Part shown: piece after piece, positions 7,496 to 18,326 of the stretch
Layout: each line of letters begins with the position of its first letter
Position numbering within the stretch: the first letter of the stretch is position 1
DNA from: a virus
Taxonomy: Duplodnaviria > Caudoviricetes
Reading direction: 5' to 3' (one strand)
DNA length: 57,798 nt
IMG/VR virus record: IMGVR_UViG_3300032893_000052
Span: 1-57,798 of that record
The notes under the pieces: generated by a model
The model's database searches: none
What the model was told of the DNA's origin: nothing
Seen by the model: only the letters and a program-made list of their open reading frames with translations
Translations under genes and position numbers: made by a program

Positions 7496-10400
7496 TCACA
7501 TCTGAAAGAACTGAGTGCCATCGTAGTAAAGCAACAATGGAGTGTTCGCCACCGAAGTCGTTAAATCACCGCCTGACTTCATGAAGATTTTGGCGCCAGC
7601 TCCTGTACCGTTGTTCTTCACCGTCAATCCAGACGAAACTAGAATCAGCGGAATCAGCCCAGGCTGCCAATTCGTTGCGATGATCGTATTTATTGTCGTG
7701 GTGCCAGTTATTTTGAAGGATGTGCCGTCTGTGCCGAGGGTCATGTCCCCAGCCGACGCAACATCTGCTCCTCTGGCAGCACCGAAGCGACCTTCGACGA
7801 ATAGTTTCACATTGGGGTCTGAAACGGTACCCCCAACCCGCATATTTCCATTGGTATCGTGGATGTAAGCACGCTGCGTATATGCACCGCCATCCCATGT
7901 AGATAATGTGAGGGGAACTGAGTTGTCAGACGTGAGATCGAACGCGCTAGGAAGTGCCCGCATGACACCGATGCGATTTGCCGTGCCCTCTTTACGTACC
8001 CACAACTCATTAGCTACTACACGCTGCGATGATGAGCCGTCACCACCAAAATCGAAGGTATTACCAGCCCCCTTCAGCACGTTACCATGATTGTCACGCA
8101 CAACGTAGGTTGCGAGAGCTGTATATGCTAGAAAGGTGCCGCCCGCGATGCGAATATCACCAGCACTCCCTGTCACCGTCACAGCACCAGAACCACCCTG
8201 ACCGATGGCAACATCCATTCCATATGCATCACGTACGTCAATCCCAAAGCATCCTGCGTTGAGTGACCCTATGCAGTCATCAATAGCAACTGGACAACCG
8301 TACACACCTGGATTGATTACTCCTGATTGACCGGTAAATGGTGTGCCGAGTGATATGGCAGCAGTACCTGTCAACAGGGTTGAGTATGCGGAAAAATCGA
8401 TGCCATTGATGGCTGTGGGTCCGAACACAATCAACCCACCGTGATTGCCGCTGTTCGGAACAAAGCGTGTTCTTCTCTGACTGGTTGATGCCTTGCCAAC
8501 TCCGTTGTTGTTCTGGAACCTGCAGTACAGTATTACTTGACCCTTGACGTATGATCCACCGGAGAACATAACTATAGGAGCGCCATCCCACTGTAATCCG
8601 CTCGCATCATCACATGTGTAGGCTATTGAATCTGCTTTGATCAAGTCAGCTTGTAGACGGGAAGCACCTGCCATCAAAGCGCCAACACCTACAGACCTTG
8701 CCGTTCCTGACTCATCGGGATAGCTCGGCTGAAGCGTAATGCGATGAGTGCCAGTGTATGACGAAGACACAATGTTGCTGGTCGCGCCTGTCTGGTGCAC
8801 GAAACTGTAAGTAGCGTTTCCGCCTGCTATGCCCAATGCTACTCGGTTAGCAGTAGTAGTATTGAAAGCAATTCCAGCTAATACAGGAGTCGAGAAATCC
8901 GATGTGCCAAGCGGACCGCCGCGGCCTGCATTTTCTTCTTTGAAGCCAGCAAACACAACACCTGGTTTCTCTATGTACACCGAATCTCCCGCAGCGGGCG
9001 CGGTTCCAAGGTCTGTGCCTATTGTTACGACAGTACCTGTGTTCGCGTTGATGAAACCACACACATTCGCAAGTGCGCCAGTTACGTCACCCTTGAACCG
9101 CACACGACAACCAACCACAGCATCGGTAGAACCAAGAGACCCGGAGCTGACGGTAAAACTACTGACTGTAGCACCGCCCGAGATCGGAAATGATCCGTCT
9201 CCGTTGGGACCCACTACTGCTTGAATTGCTCCAAGCGTAATATGGTCCGCAGCACTGTTTGTGAGATCGGTGCTGCCTCTGCGTAGCAGGTAACCATAAC
9301 CAGAGATTCCAGTGAAATCTAGGTCGTCGTCGGTGGTTGTGTCCTGTTTCTTGTATGTAGCTCCAGCACTACGAGGTTTGATCAAGATCACGCACTGACG
9401 CCCATTGCCGTATTTTGGCAATATCTGGAATAGGCGCTCTGCTGTCTTGATTGCAAGACCAGTTGGAGTGAGCGTGGCGCCAGCAGCAGCATCCACATAT
9501 CCGATGTGGGTATCATCACCTCCGTCGTAATCGAGGAGGTAGTAACGAACCAGGGTAGGATTCCACAAGGCGGTACCAGTATTTAACCCTCCCACGCCAA
9601 GATAGATATTGCCCGTCCGGTCAACGTAGCCTGCTTTGGCCAGGTAGGTATGGGCGAAAATGCTGCCAGCTGTCCGGACATCGCCGACGCTGCCAGTGAC
9701 GGTATTTACCGCACTGGTGCCTAGGCTAATCACCTTGCCGTATTGCCCAGATACGTCGATTCCAACATCAGTATTACCAGACGATCCAGTCACTCCATCT
9801 ATCGTGACCAGACCGCCATCGGTAAGAGTGAGCGCCGGTGTTGCACCTGCATTGGTAATATCGAATTTCTGAACAGTGGCAGGACCGGAGATGACCAAAC
9901 CGCCACTTACACAACGAGTAGACTGTGCAAAAGCACTGTTTGTACTCCAGATAACAACCCCACCTGTAGAAACCAGGGTAGGTGCTTTAGCGAAGTATGA
10001 GTTAGTAGCTACCTGTCCTGTCGATACAGAAATCGTAATAGGAGCAGAGCTGTTGATCGCAGCTATTGAGCTGATAGAGCCTGGCCCATTGAAATTGATG
10101 ATGATTCCACCAGCAATACGAAGGGTAGGCCCGACTCGCGTGAGATCCGTTCCAGTCTCATCCGTGTAATTACGGCCCATAACGAGGCTGCCTGCCTCGC
10201 TCGCCCCACCATTGGTGCCGGATGATCCAGCTACAAACGTGGCATTGGTAGTAGAGCCGATTCCCTCACAGAAGTGGATTCTAGCTTGACCAAGAGCGCG
10301 TAATGCACCAACAGATGTGGATGTGAATCCGATACCAGCTATAGTCATTAGCTGGTTTGCTGGAAGTGTCACTGTTGAGACAAGAACACCTGGACGGTCA

Positions 10401-12823
10401 ACGTAGATCGTGTCGCCGTGGTTAGGAGTTCCGCTCATGTTCGGACTCACCGTGAGCGAAGTAGAAGTGTTGGCAACGATGTGGTCGCCTTCAGTGGTTC
10501 CTAGACGCAGGCGGAAACCTACTGCTGTGTCTGTCGAACCAAACGAGCCGGAAGCGATTGTCACACCGGATGTGGTAGCCGTATCGACGGCAAAACTGCT
10601 TCCAGCGCCAGGGCCAGCAATCGCAATTCGTGCTCCTAAGACAATCTTATCTGTAGCACTGTTGGTAAGGTCGGAACCACGTACAAAGGGGAATCCAGAG
10701 GCGTATCCTGTTACCCCAGTGAAATCAAGATCATCATCTGTAATGGTGTCCTGTTTCTTGTATGTAGCGCCTCCTGATCGCGGCTTGATTAGAATCACAC
10801 ATTTACGTCCGTTGCCATGTCGAGGCAAGATCTGGAACAAGCGCTCAAGAGTCTTGAGTGATCCGGTAGTCGTTACCGTGGCTCCTGCAGTCGCATCAAC
10901 GTACCCAATGTTCCCATCCCCACCGCCATCGTAGTCTACAAAGTAGTACCGAACTAGGCTTGGATCCCAATCAGCGGCAGATGCAAATGACTTTCCAGTT
11001 CCTACAAACTGATTGCCCTGTGCATCGGCGCGTGTGTATTTCGTGAAGTAGCTGTGCGACAGAACTACGCTGTCCGCTATGATGATGTCGCCTAGTGACC
11101 CAGTGACAGTGTTGGCGACTTGTGTACCGAGACGCAGAGTGCAGTTGTAGACGGCGGTAGTGTCTATACCACAACGAGTGTTGCCGCTTGATCCGACAAC
11201 ATCGTCGATAGCCACACGCATAAACTGGTTGTTACCTATGTACGAACTAGCCCCCAGCGCAATTGCGGCGGAGGACCCGGCGCCGGTGATGTTTACGCCG
11301 TAGATGGACACCTCATTCATGTTGACTGCCAGGTTTCCGATCAACCTGGTACGGCGCTCCACTGACCCGGCCCCGAGGAAATCCAAATAGCCAAAGGTGG
11401 AAGCACCCCCCTCGACCTTGGCCGCGCCGCCCACGAGGCGGACTCCACCAGCGAAATAAGACCCTTTGCCACCGACTCCGATACTCGCTGCCTGAGTAAT
11501 CAGACTGACGTCACCTCCTGGCGCCCATAAGAATGCGGAGGAGTAGGCTACAAACGCTCCAAGCGTCTTGATTCCGACGCGTCCTGCTGATCGAAGTCCA
11601 GCACCAGTTACTACCACCGCTCCAGTCTCATCTTGATAGAAATCTTGAATCCAAACAGTTCCTAGAGCACCACCGTTGCCAACAACAGACGTTGCGGAGC
11701 CGTTGATAACTTCGACGAACGAATACGTGGCTTGGGCGCTCGCTCCTATGGTAAACGTCATTGACGAACTTGTGCCGGCAAACCCCACTGTGCTGAGTGT
11801 CCGCAAAAGGTCGTTAGCGTTGGTTGGTGCGTATGCAGTGAATTGAGCCAAAGGCCATGCGGTGGCGCTGTCTGCCTCCTTGAAGGAGGCGATTCTCACT
11901 CCCGGGCGTTCTATCCAGAACGTGTCACCATTGACGGGCGAGGTTCCTAGGTTACCGCCTATGGTTATTGTTCCTACCCCCGACGTCTGTGCGTTGATGA
12001 ATCCGCATACATTACGTAGCGCTGTAGTCGTGGTGGTGGGTGTGAAGCGAATGCGGTAGCCCACCAAACTATCCGTAGTTGGGAGGGTACCAGCATTTAT
12101 CGTAATACTCGAGGTGCTGCCTGACCCCACCGTCCAAGATGAATCACCGTTTGGACCCGTTGAGGCTATGATCGCGCCTAGAGAGATACGATCTGAAGCT
12201 GAGTTTGTAAGGTCTGTGCTTCCGCGGCGCAGTATGACTGCGTAACCATTAACTCCTGTGAAATTGAACCCATCATCAGTTACGCCATCTTGCTTCTTAT
12301 AAGTCGCTCCACCAGATCGTGGTTTGACCAAGACCGCAACCATACGTCCAGACCCGACTTTAGGAAAGATTTGGTGGAAGCGCTCAATGGTCTTGAGCGC
12401 CTTGCCAGTGGGTGTAATCGTTGATCCAGGAGCAGCATCAACATAACCAACGTTTCCGTCGTTGCCGCCGTCATAGTCAATCAGATAGTAGCGGCACACG
12501 CTGAGGGACCACGTAGCGTTATCGCCAGTGCTTGGCGGCGTGATAGGCGCGTATGCGCCTCCGTTCACGGAGGCTTCTAGGAAGTTGCCACTGTTGAAAC
12601 GAAGTCGCGCAGTGCCTGCTGTTGATAGACCTACAGAATCACCGACCGCGAATCCAAAATACTGGGCGTTGAGCAAGCCACCGCGCACATCCAACAGCGC
12701 TTGCATTGCCGTATTCCAGTCACCCGCAGCCAGATACTGGCCTGGGTCGCCTCCGGGCGGGACAGTGAAGAGATTGGTCTTCGGAAAGACCAGCGACGTG
12801 TTGTCGTACACGAAGTTGGACAT
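7496..12823 (-). CDS. Long tail fibre / receptor-binding protein with three ~500-aa internal modules
   Basis: 1775 aa, Gly/Ser/Thr-rich. Three copies of RYY.DYDGG.D...GYVDA...KT.ER..QI.P..G.GR...KPRS.GATYKKQD. The N-terminus is shared with 14038..18315. Confidence 0.8.
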   Translation of the reverse strand: MSNFVYDNTSLVFPKTNLFTVPPGGDPGQYLAAGDWNTAMQALLDVRGGLLNAQYFGFAVGDSVGLSTAGTARLRFNSGNFLEASVNGGAYAPITPPSTGDNATWSLSVCRYYLIDYDGGNDGNVGYVDAAPGSTITPTGKALKTIERFHQIFPKVGSGRMVAVLVKPRSGGATYKKQDGVTDDGFNFTGVNGYAVILRRGSTDLTNSASDRISLGAIIASTGPNGDSSWTVGSGSTSSITINAGTLPTTDSLVGYRIRFTPTTTTTALRNVCGFINAQTSGVGTITIGGNLGTSPVNGDTFWIERPGVRIASFKEADSATAWPLAQFTAYAPTNANDLLRTLSTVGFAGTSSSMTFTIGASAQATYSFVEVINGSATSVVGNGGALGTVWIQDFYQDETGAVVVTGAGLRSAGRVGIKTLGAFVAYSSAFLWAPGGDVSLITQAASIGVGGKGSYFAGGVRLVGGAAKVEGGASTFGYLDFLGAGSVERRTRLIGNLAVNMNEVSIYGVNITGAGSSAAIALGASSYIGNNQFMRVAIDDVVGSSGNTRCGIDTTAVYNCTLRLGTQVANTVTGSLGDIIIADSVVLSHSYFTKYTRADAQGNQFVGTGKSFASAADWDPSLVRYYFVDYDGGGDGNIGYVDATAGATVTTTGSLKTLERLFQILPRHGNGRKCVILIKPRSGGATYKKQDTITDDDLDFTGVTGYASGFPFVRGSDLTNSATDKIVLGARIAIAGPGAGSSFAVDTATTSGVTIASGSFGSTDTAVGFRLRLGTTEGDHIVANTSTSLTVSPNMSGTPNHGDTIYVDRPGVLVSTVTLPANQLMTIAGIGFTSTSVGALRALGQARIHFCEGIGSTTNATFVAGSSGTNGGASEAGSLVMGRNYTDETGTDLTRVGPTLRIAGGIIINFNGPGSISSIAAINSSAPITISVSTGQVATNSYFAKAPTLVSTGGVVIWSTNSAFAQSTRCVSGGLVISGPATVQKFDITNAGATPALTLTDGGLVTIDGVTGSSGNTDVGIDVSGQYGKVISLGTSAVNTVTGSVGDVRTAGSIFAHTYLAKAGYVDRTGNIYLGVGGLNTGTALWNPTLVRYYLLDYDGGDDTHIGYVDAAAGATLTPTGLAIKTAERLFQILPKYGNGRQCVILIKPRSAGATYKKQDTTTDDDLDFTGISGYGYLLRRGSTDLTNSAADHITLGAIQAVVGPNGDGSFPISGGATVSSFTVSSGSLGSTDAVVGCRVRFKGDVTGALANVCGFINANTGTVVTIGTDLGTAPAAGDSVYIEKPGVVFAGFKEENAGRGGPLGTSDFSTPVLAGIAFNTTTANRVALGIAGGNATYSFVHQTGATSNIVSSSYTGTHRITLQPSYPDESGTARSVGVGALMAGASRLQADLIKADSIAYTCDDASGLQWDGAPIVMFSGGSYVKGQVILYCRFQNNNGVGKASTSQRRTRFVPNSGNHGGLIVFGPTAINGIDFSAYSTLLTGTAAISLGTPFTGQSGVINPGVYGCPVAIDDCIGSLNAGCFGIDVRDAYGMDVAIGQGGSGAVTVTGSAGDIRIAGGTFLAYTALATYVVRDNHGNVLKGAGNTFDFGGDGSSSQRVVANELWVRKEGTANRIGVMRALPSAFDLTSDNSVPLTLSTWDGGAYTQRAYIHDTNGNMRVGGTVSDPNVKLFVEGRFGAARGADVASAGDMTLGTDGTSFKITGTTTINTIIATNWQPGLIPLILVSSGLTVKNNGTGAGAKIFMKSGGDLTTSVANTPLLLYYDGTQFFQM

Positions 12824-12894
12824 GTCACATACCTCTCAGACTGAGAACCTACCGAAGGTGCACCAAAAGCAACAAGTACTGCTTATGCGTTCAA

Positions 12895-13335
12895 TTACTG
12901 CAATGAAGCAGGAGGAGGAGGAGGAGGCGTAGCCTCTTGCGGATCAGGGACTAGTGTGGCGTTGAAAATGGCGTCCAACATAGGAATAAGCTGCACACTC
13001 ACTTGCGGATGAAAACCGAATCCGACCACAACAACAGGTCCATTCGGCGTGACTATGATCTGCTTTGGAAACATAGCCGCTTCCGACAGCATTCTCCACG
13101 CATCTTCAGGCAGTACCAGCTCTTCACCGTCAAACAATGCATTCACAGCTGTAGAAATGACTGACGCGGCCTTGAGATTGGTGTACGTCTCTACCCATTT
13201 CGGGTTAGTCAACAAGTTGTTGATGAAACTACGAAAAGAAACCACCTCTTCCGGTGTTCCATCGTCTTTTCGCAGAACTTTCATTGTATGTGGGTTATGT
13301 AGCGTGATCGGAAACGGTACCTTGATGTGGCGCAT
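12895..13335 (-). CDS. Hypothetical protein, possible fibre assembly chaperone
   Basis: Small ORF between fibre genes; the role is inferred from position only. Confidence 0.5.
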   Translation of the reverse strand: MRHIKVPFPITLHNPHTMKVLRKDDGTPEEVVSFRSFINNLLTNPKWVETYTNLKAASVISTAVNALFDGEELVLPEDAWRMLSEAAMFPKQIIVTPNGPVVVVGFGFHPQVSVQLIPMLDAIFNATLVPDPQEATPPPPPPASLQ

Positions 13336-14041
13336 ACACTCTCTCCTCTGTTGCTAACGGGTCGAAGTCATCACCATAGTAATTAGTAGGAAGTCTAGCT
13401 ACTGATCCACGTAATGAAAGCTCTGGGTGAGCGGCGGATACCTCACCGATGTGTCTGACGAGAGCAGGAACACAGATCCCGTACTGAGGCCATGGAGAGG
13501 CCTCCAAAAGCTTTCCAAGCGCAGCATCGGCATGGTGGACAGGAGCGTAATCATACACAGGATCACGCTGCACGAGCCAGTCAATCGTCCTGCGTGGAAA
13601 CATCATGCACTGATTGCCAATATATTTGTGACGCAACAGTCCATCGAACCTACGGACATGCAAACCTCTTGAGGCACCACTTCGCAGTTCAACCATGTCG
13701 TGAAAGTCTACAAACGCACAATCTTCTGGGACGCGTGTTTGTAGTATGTGGCGTACAGCATTACGACAGGGAGTAATGTCGTCTTCACAGTACAGCAACA
13801 TGTCTACGTCACGTTGTTTTGCGTAACGAAACGCACGCCACATGACTGCGCGCACGCTACACACAAGCACATGCGATACGGTAGTCCAACCACGGGGCTT
13901 ATCGTCTAGCACACCGTCAACTATCACCGCCTTGTACGTACAGTGATCTGCTCCCTCACGTAACAACGCCTCAGCGGTCTCACGCAGGTATGAGACACCT
14001 CCCGGACGTGCACACGTAGTAATTGTGACTGCCGTTATCAT
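13295..14041 (-). CDS. GT-A fold glycosyltransferase (MGAT4/GT54-like motifs)
   Basis: ITTCARPGGVSYLRET, LLYCEDDI (metal-binding EDD), HADAAL, PALVRHIGEVS. Confidence 0.75.
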   Translation of the reverse strand: MITAVTITTCARPGGVSYLRETAEALLREGADHCTYKAVIVDGVLDDKPRGWTTVSHVLVCSVRAVMWRAFRYAKQRDVDMLLYCEDDITPCRNAVRHILQTRVPEDCAFVDFHDMVELRSGASRGLHVRRFDGLLRHKYIGNQCMMFPRRTIDWLVQRDPVYDYAPVHHADAALGKLLEASPWPQYGICVPALVRHIGEVSAAHPELSLRGSVARLPTNYYGDDFDPLATEERVYAPHQGTVSDHAT

Positions 14042-17000
14042 GTGAATAACGATGGTCCCATCTGACCAGCCAAAGTTAGTCTTGGAACGTTCATGTTGTA
14101 CGCAACAGCATTAGCATGGGCTAGTTCAGATCCGCCTGAATCAAAGCTAGCAGCTGCTCTGATCTTGGCCCCGGCGTTAGAGGCAATAGGTATGATTCCT
14201 GCTGCCACTGAAATTATGTTTCCTGTTCCAGACAAACGTATGATTGTACCTTGGGCAGGACCGGCGTTACTATATCCAACCGTCAGTCCATTCTCGGGCT
14301 GCAACTCTAGGTGACAAACCTCATTCACATTTCCCATAGTTTGGTCAAACTGAGGAATGGCGAGTACGGCTGAAGACGGCGCAGGAGGGTTTTGTAGAGT
14401 CAAATCTAGCGTGTTTCCATCGCTAAAGGTGAGACCATTTGTGCCGTTCAATGGTTCACCGCAGCCGTAAACCCAATCACCTTGGTACGCGACATGTACC
14501 TTACGAGTCGTACCGCTATCGTTACGTGTGTAACCTATACCGATGTATGTACAGCCCATCCGGTTGATTGCTCCTCGTGCACCGAATGATGCAATGTTTA
14601 GAGCGGCACTCGCACAGCCCAAATTCATATCAGGTGTAGTGGTACTGAATACAACAGCAATGGCTGCAGGGTCAGTCACATATGAACCTGAGATATTGCC
14701 GTCACCTGACAATGGATTGTGCCTACCACCACACGCATAGATATAGAATGGCTTCAACAAAATTCCAGAGGTGTTGGTGGGCGGATGGATAGAATCATCT
14801 TCAGCACGCAGGATTCCGTTACCTTGCAATACTTCTCCATCAATTATGACAGAGTTAATCTCGCTTCGTGGACTCCAGGTTGCACTCTGTGTGAGCGTAG
14901 CAGCCGACCAGTTTGGATTACATCCCTGCAAAACTCCCCACATCTGGGACAACGGAAACGACACTCGCCGATTCAATCGACGGTAGAAAAACATACCATC
15001 TACAGTTGATGTCGATGGCGGCACATAGATCTCAAACAAAGCTGTCTTACCTGCGGGAACAGCAGGTGGTTGTGGTGTTGCTCCGGCTGTGCCTGTCAAG
15101 TAGTCAATCGTGGCTGGTTCAGTAGCGTTGTTCGCTAAGATCAGATCAATTCTGGGATTGCCACTTGTCGCCGTCAGTGTTTTGGGTGTGCTAGGCCAGG
15201 AAAATGCCTTGAAGTCAGAAGCGCCGATTGCAGCGTAGCCAGCTCCTGGACCGACTGTGATGTTAAGCGTACCCAACGACAGCGTAAGCTTGCCGGCCTT
15301 AGTCAATCCTGCAATGGGGCGAGGGTCCGCGTTCCAGTCACGGTCATATGTCGTTGTCCCATCTGTAAACAACGATGCATACGACTCGTTACGCGCGAAC
15401 GAATCTAGGTCTACAGCAGTACCAGAAGCCACTGCCGTGGCGCCAAGCGTAAGATGTACAAGCGCCGTATTGCCATCTGCTGGGTGGATAGCGACTATAG
15501 GCCCGAGTGGTACAACCTGAAGTGCTACGTTAGGCGCATCAGCTTGAGCTAAACCAGCAGTGTCCTGTGACAGGTAAGCAATGACAGGAGGTTCAGTCAC
15601 TGTCGGAGCGGGGTGTGCTCCTGAGCGATCGAATTTCACCCAGACAGGAGTTCCAACACAGCTGACAATAGCGGCAGCTTGTGTTGGTGTAGACGTGACT
15701 GTCACGCCAACAATCCCCGTCGCGTGTCCTGCCGTATCCGCTTGCGCAAGAACTACACGACGCTTACGACTATCAGCACGTTGTGTACCACGAACAATGC
15801 GATACGCAGACAACGCAGCAGGAGATGATGGATCATTAGCGTACATCTGTGTGTTGTTCAGAGCCGCACTGCCTCCAGTTACAGTCCCCGCAGCGAGCGA
15901 CACTGCTGCACCGTATGTAGTGACAGCGTTACCGTAAGCATCCTCTACACGTCCTACTGCCGCGAGATTGAACTCTGAGTACGGAAACCCGGAAGCATTG
16001 AAACCCAGGTCATTACCAAACTCAATGTCTCCAACCGCACCGCGCACTGAACAGACACTGTAATCACCTGCAGAGGATAGTGATGACTGCAGGTGCAGTC
16101 TATTGTTGCGTGATGGAGTCTGGAAACTAGAGGTTCCTAGGTCAACGCCAGTAACAAAGCCAATACCATACTGGTTTCCGTTGCTACCTGTCACTTGCAT
16201 TGCAGTGACGGAGCACCCATTTCCAGTGATAGCTACGGCAGGTGTCTGTGTGTTTAAAGACCCGTGTATGACATCAAGACCGTTGAGGATCACTGAACTA
16301 TATGCGATGGTCAGACCAGACGTAGCTATAGCTGTTCCAGAAGACTGTGACGGAAGACCTGTGATGCGGTTTGAATGAAAAGTGTTTCCAGGAGCATTGT
16401 TCGCTGATCCGATCAAAAATGCTCCATTAGACGTATACTGAATGTCTCCAGACGCACCAGTACCTCCACAGCCGATCAAGCGCAAGCCAGCATTGAAGAC
16501 ACAACCTGAGATTATGTCACCATAGCAGTGTGTAATGTCACACGAAGTGCCTGTGGTAGGGAGATGTGAAACAACGTTGAGCGACAGTCTTGATGTGTGC
16601 GCAAAAGTTAGGAAACCCAAAAAGCGGCAACCACCTACTGAAACCGACGTTCCTGTAGGAGCCGAGGAATCTGCGTAGCTACTGGCTAGCGTCAAAGAAC
16701 TACACGATGTTGACAAAAACGAATTACCAGCCTGAACGAATGCCAATACTGCAGAATCGATTCCTTCTACGTTGAGAGTAGTGCAGGTGAAGCCAGTCAG
16801 TCTAATACTGCCGCGCAACGCAGACGTGTGTGTCGAGCCATCTGCAAACCCGACGAAGTTAGAAGCAGCTGGACCGCTGAGTCCGATACGTGCAAGGGAT
16901 ACACCCGGACTCTCTATATAGAACACATCTGAACTTGACAAACCAGTCAGTTCAGTAGATGGAATTATGGTATCGACACCTAACGCAATGATATTGCTGA

Positions 17001-18315
17001 TTGTGTTGGGTATGCCAGATGAGGAGTCAAACCGCATACGGAGTCCATGCAGCGTTTTGGATGTTTCCTCATCTGTGAATCCAGGAGCAGTGTTGTCTGC
17101 CTTGACAATCTTCCAGCGCTTAGCTGTACCGGCGCTGGCTGAGTTGAACGCCAGCGATCCTGCACCAATGGAGTTGTTGAGCTGAAAGTTGTTTGAGTCT
17201 ACGACTGTAATCTTGTGGTAGCCATTGGCTGCATATACACCGCCAACACCATCAATCAACACCCAATCTCCTGTAGCGAACCCATGCGCTACACTTGTGA
17301 TGACGATTGGGTTAGCAGCAGTAGCACCTGACACAGTCTTACTAGAGAATGTCGCCTTGTATCCAGCTGAGTTGGTTCCTGCTGCGATCGTACCACCGCA
17401 TGACTTGTGATCAGCTGTGCTGCCGTCGAAAGCTGTGCACCCGGCAGAACTTACTGTGCGCGTTCCACGCCACAGAAACGAAGCAAATGAATTCAGCGAC
17501 AGAACAACATCAGCCGACGAGTACGTGGCAGCTTCAACAATGACTTCTATGTGGCGACCAAGACCCACGGTCGCGATAACCTGCATCGCACGCGCAATGG
17601 TCTTTACGGCAATCGTAGCGACAGAAGCAGTCAGATTTGTATTAGGAGCCGCATCAATGAATCCAGGATTTGCGTCATTGCCCTGTGTGTCACTCACCAA
17701 TATGTGGCGGACCGTAGAGGTACTCCATGCCGCCAGTTCCGGATAGGTTGTGCCACCACCGCCGCCAGATAGAGGAGCGTACGCACCACCGTTGACGGAT
17801 ACCTCAAATATCTGTGTTCCTGTGTTGTAGCGGATGCGTCCTTGGTTGGCATTCGATACGCCGACCGTATCACCTGAGCCTAGTTCAATGTAGTTTGTCG
17901 TTGTAGCGTTGGTTACGCTGACTACTTGAGATACGATCGTACTGATCGCGGCGCTGATCCAACGAAATGACGAGTTACCGATGCGGTATACATTGTCCAC
18001 ATCCGGCAGAAAATCTGAGTCCTTGTCTGCAAGTGACCGGCTAGACCCATCTGGACGCACGTGAATCAGTTGACCGTCGCTGTTACGAACCCAGATCCAT
18101 GACGTAGTAAATCCAGCAGGATCCGGATCAGACGATTGAGGTGAGAAACCAAAGAACTTGCCGTTAACAATAGCACCACGCAAGTCAACACTGGCTTGCA
18201 TGGCACTGTTCCAATCAGTGTCTATAATGTACTTGTTGTGGTCGGCTCCTCCCAGTGGGAAGAGATTGGTCTTTGGGTAAGCCAGACTTGTGTTGTCGTA
18301 TACGAAATTCGACAT
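14038..18315 (-). CDS. Tail fibre / tailspike protein
   Basis: 1425 aa. Same MSNFVYDNTSL..PKTNLF anchor as 7496..12823, one divergent copy of the fibre module (GNDANPG...KTIARA), and a beta-barrel insert (ATAANPIVITSVAHGFATGDWV). Confidence 0.8.
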   Translation of the reverse strand: MSNFVYDNTSLAYPKTNLFPLGGADHNKYIIDTDWNSAMQASVDLRGAIVNGKFFGFSPQSSDPDPAGFTTSWIWVRNSDGQLIHVRPDGSSRSLADKDSDFLPDVDNVYRIGNSSFRWISAAISTIVSQVVSVTNATTTNYIELGSGDTVGVSNANQGRIRYNTGTQIFEVSVNGGAYAPLSGGGGGTTYPELAAWSTSTVRHILVSDTQGNDANPGFIDAAPNTNLTASVATIAVKTIARAMQVIATVGLGRHIEVIVEAATYSSADVVLSLNSFASFLWRGTRTVSSAGCTAFDGSTADHKSCGGTIAAGTNSAGYKATFSSKTVSGATAANPIVITSVAHGFATGDWVLIDGVGGVYAANGYHKITVVDSNNFQLNNSIGAGSLAFNSASAGTAKRWKIVKADNTAPGFTDEETSKTLHGLRMRFDSSSGIPNTISNIIALGVDTIIPSTELTGLSSSDVFYIESPGVSLARIGLSGPAASNFVGFADGSTHTSALRGSIRLTGFTCTTLNVEGIDSAVLAFVQAGNSFLSTSCSSLTLASSYADSSAPTGTSVSVGGCRFLGFLTFAHTSRLSLNVVSHLPTTGTSCDITHCYGDIISGCVFNAGLRLIGCGGTGASGDIQYTSNGAFLIGSANNAPGNTFHSNRITGLPSQSSGTAIATSGLTIAYSSVILNGLDVIHGSLNTQTPAVAITGNGCSVTAMQVTGSNGNQYGIGFVTGVDLGTSSFQTPSRNNRLHLQSSLSSAGDYSVCSVRGAVGDIEFGNDLGFNASGFPYSEFNLAAVGRVEDAYGNAVTTYGAAVSLAAGTVTGGSAALNNTQMYANDPSSPAALSAYRIVRGTQRADSRKRRVVLAQADTAGHATGIVGVTVTSTPTQAAAIVSCVGTPVWVKFDRSGAHPAPTVTEPPVIAYLSQDTAGLAQADAPNVALQVVPLGPIVAIHPADGNTALVHLTLGATAVASGTAVDLDSFARNESYASLFTDGTTTYDRDWNADPRPIAGLTKAGKLTLSLGTLNITVGPGAGYAAIGASDFKAFSWPSTPKTLTATSGNPRIDLILANNATEPATIDYLTGTAGATPQPPAVPAGKTALFEIYVPPSTSTVDGMFFYRRLNRRVSFPLSQMWGVLQGCNPNWSAATLTQSATWSPRSEINSVIIDGEVLQGNGILRAEDDSIHPPTNTSGILLKPFYIYACGGRHNPLSGDGNISGSYVTDPAAIAVVFSTTTPDMNLGCASAALNIASFGARGAINRMGCTYIGIGYTRNDSGTTRKVHVAYQGDWVYGCGEPLNGTNGLTFSDGNTLDLTLQNPPAPSSAVLAIPQFDQTMGNVNEVCHLELQPENGLTVGYSNAGPAQGTIIRLSGTGNIISVAAGIIPIASNAGAKIRAAASFDSGGSELAHANAVAYNMNVPRLTLAGQMGPSLFT

Positions 18316-18326
18316 GACTCAACTCC

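Noticed and set aside
7496-18315. Diversity-generating retroelement or invertase shufflon acting on the fibres
   Set aside because: No reverse transcriptase or recombinase is present, and I saw no near-identical template/variable repeat pair or inverted cassettes.
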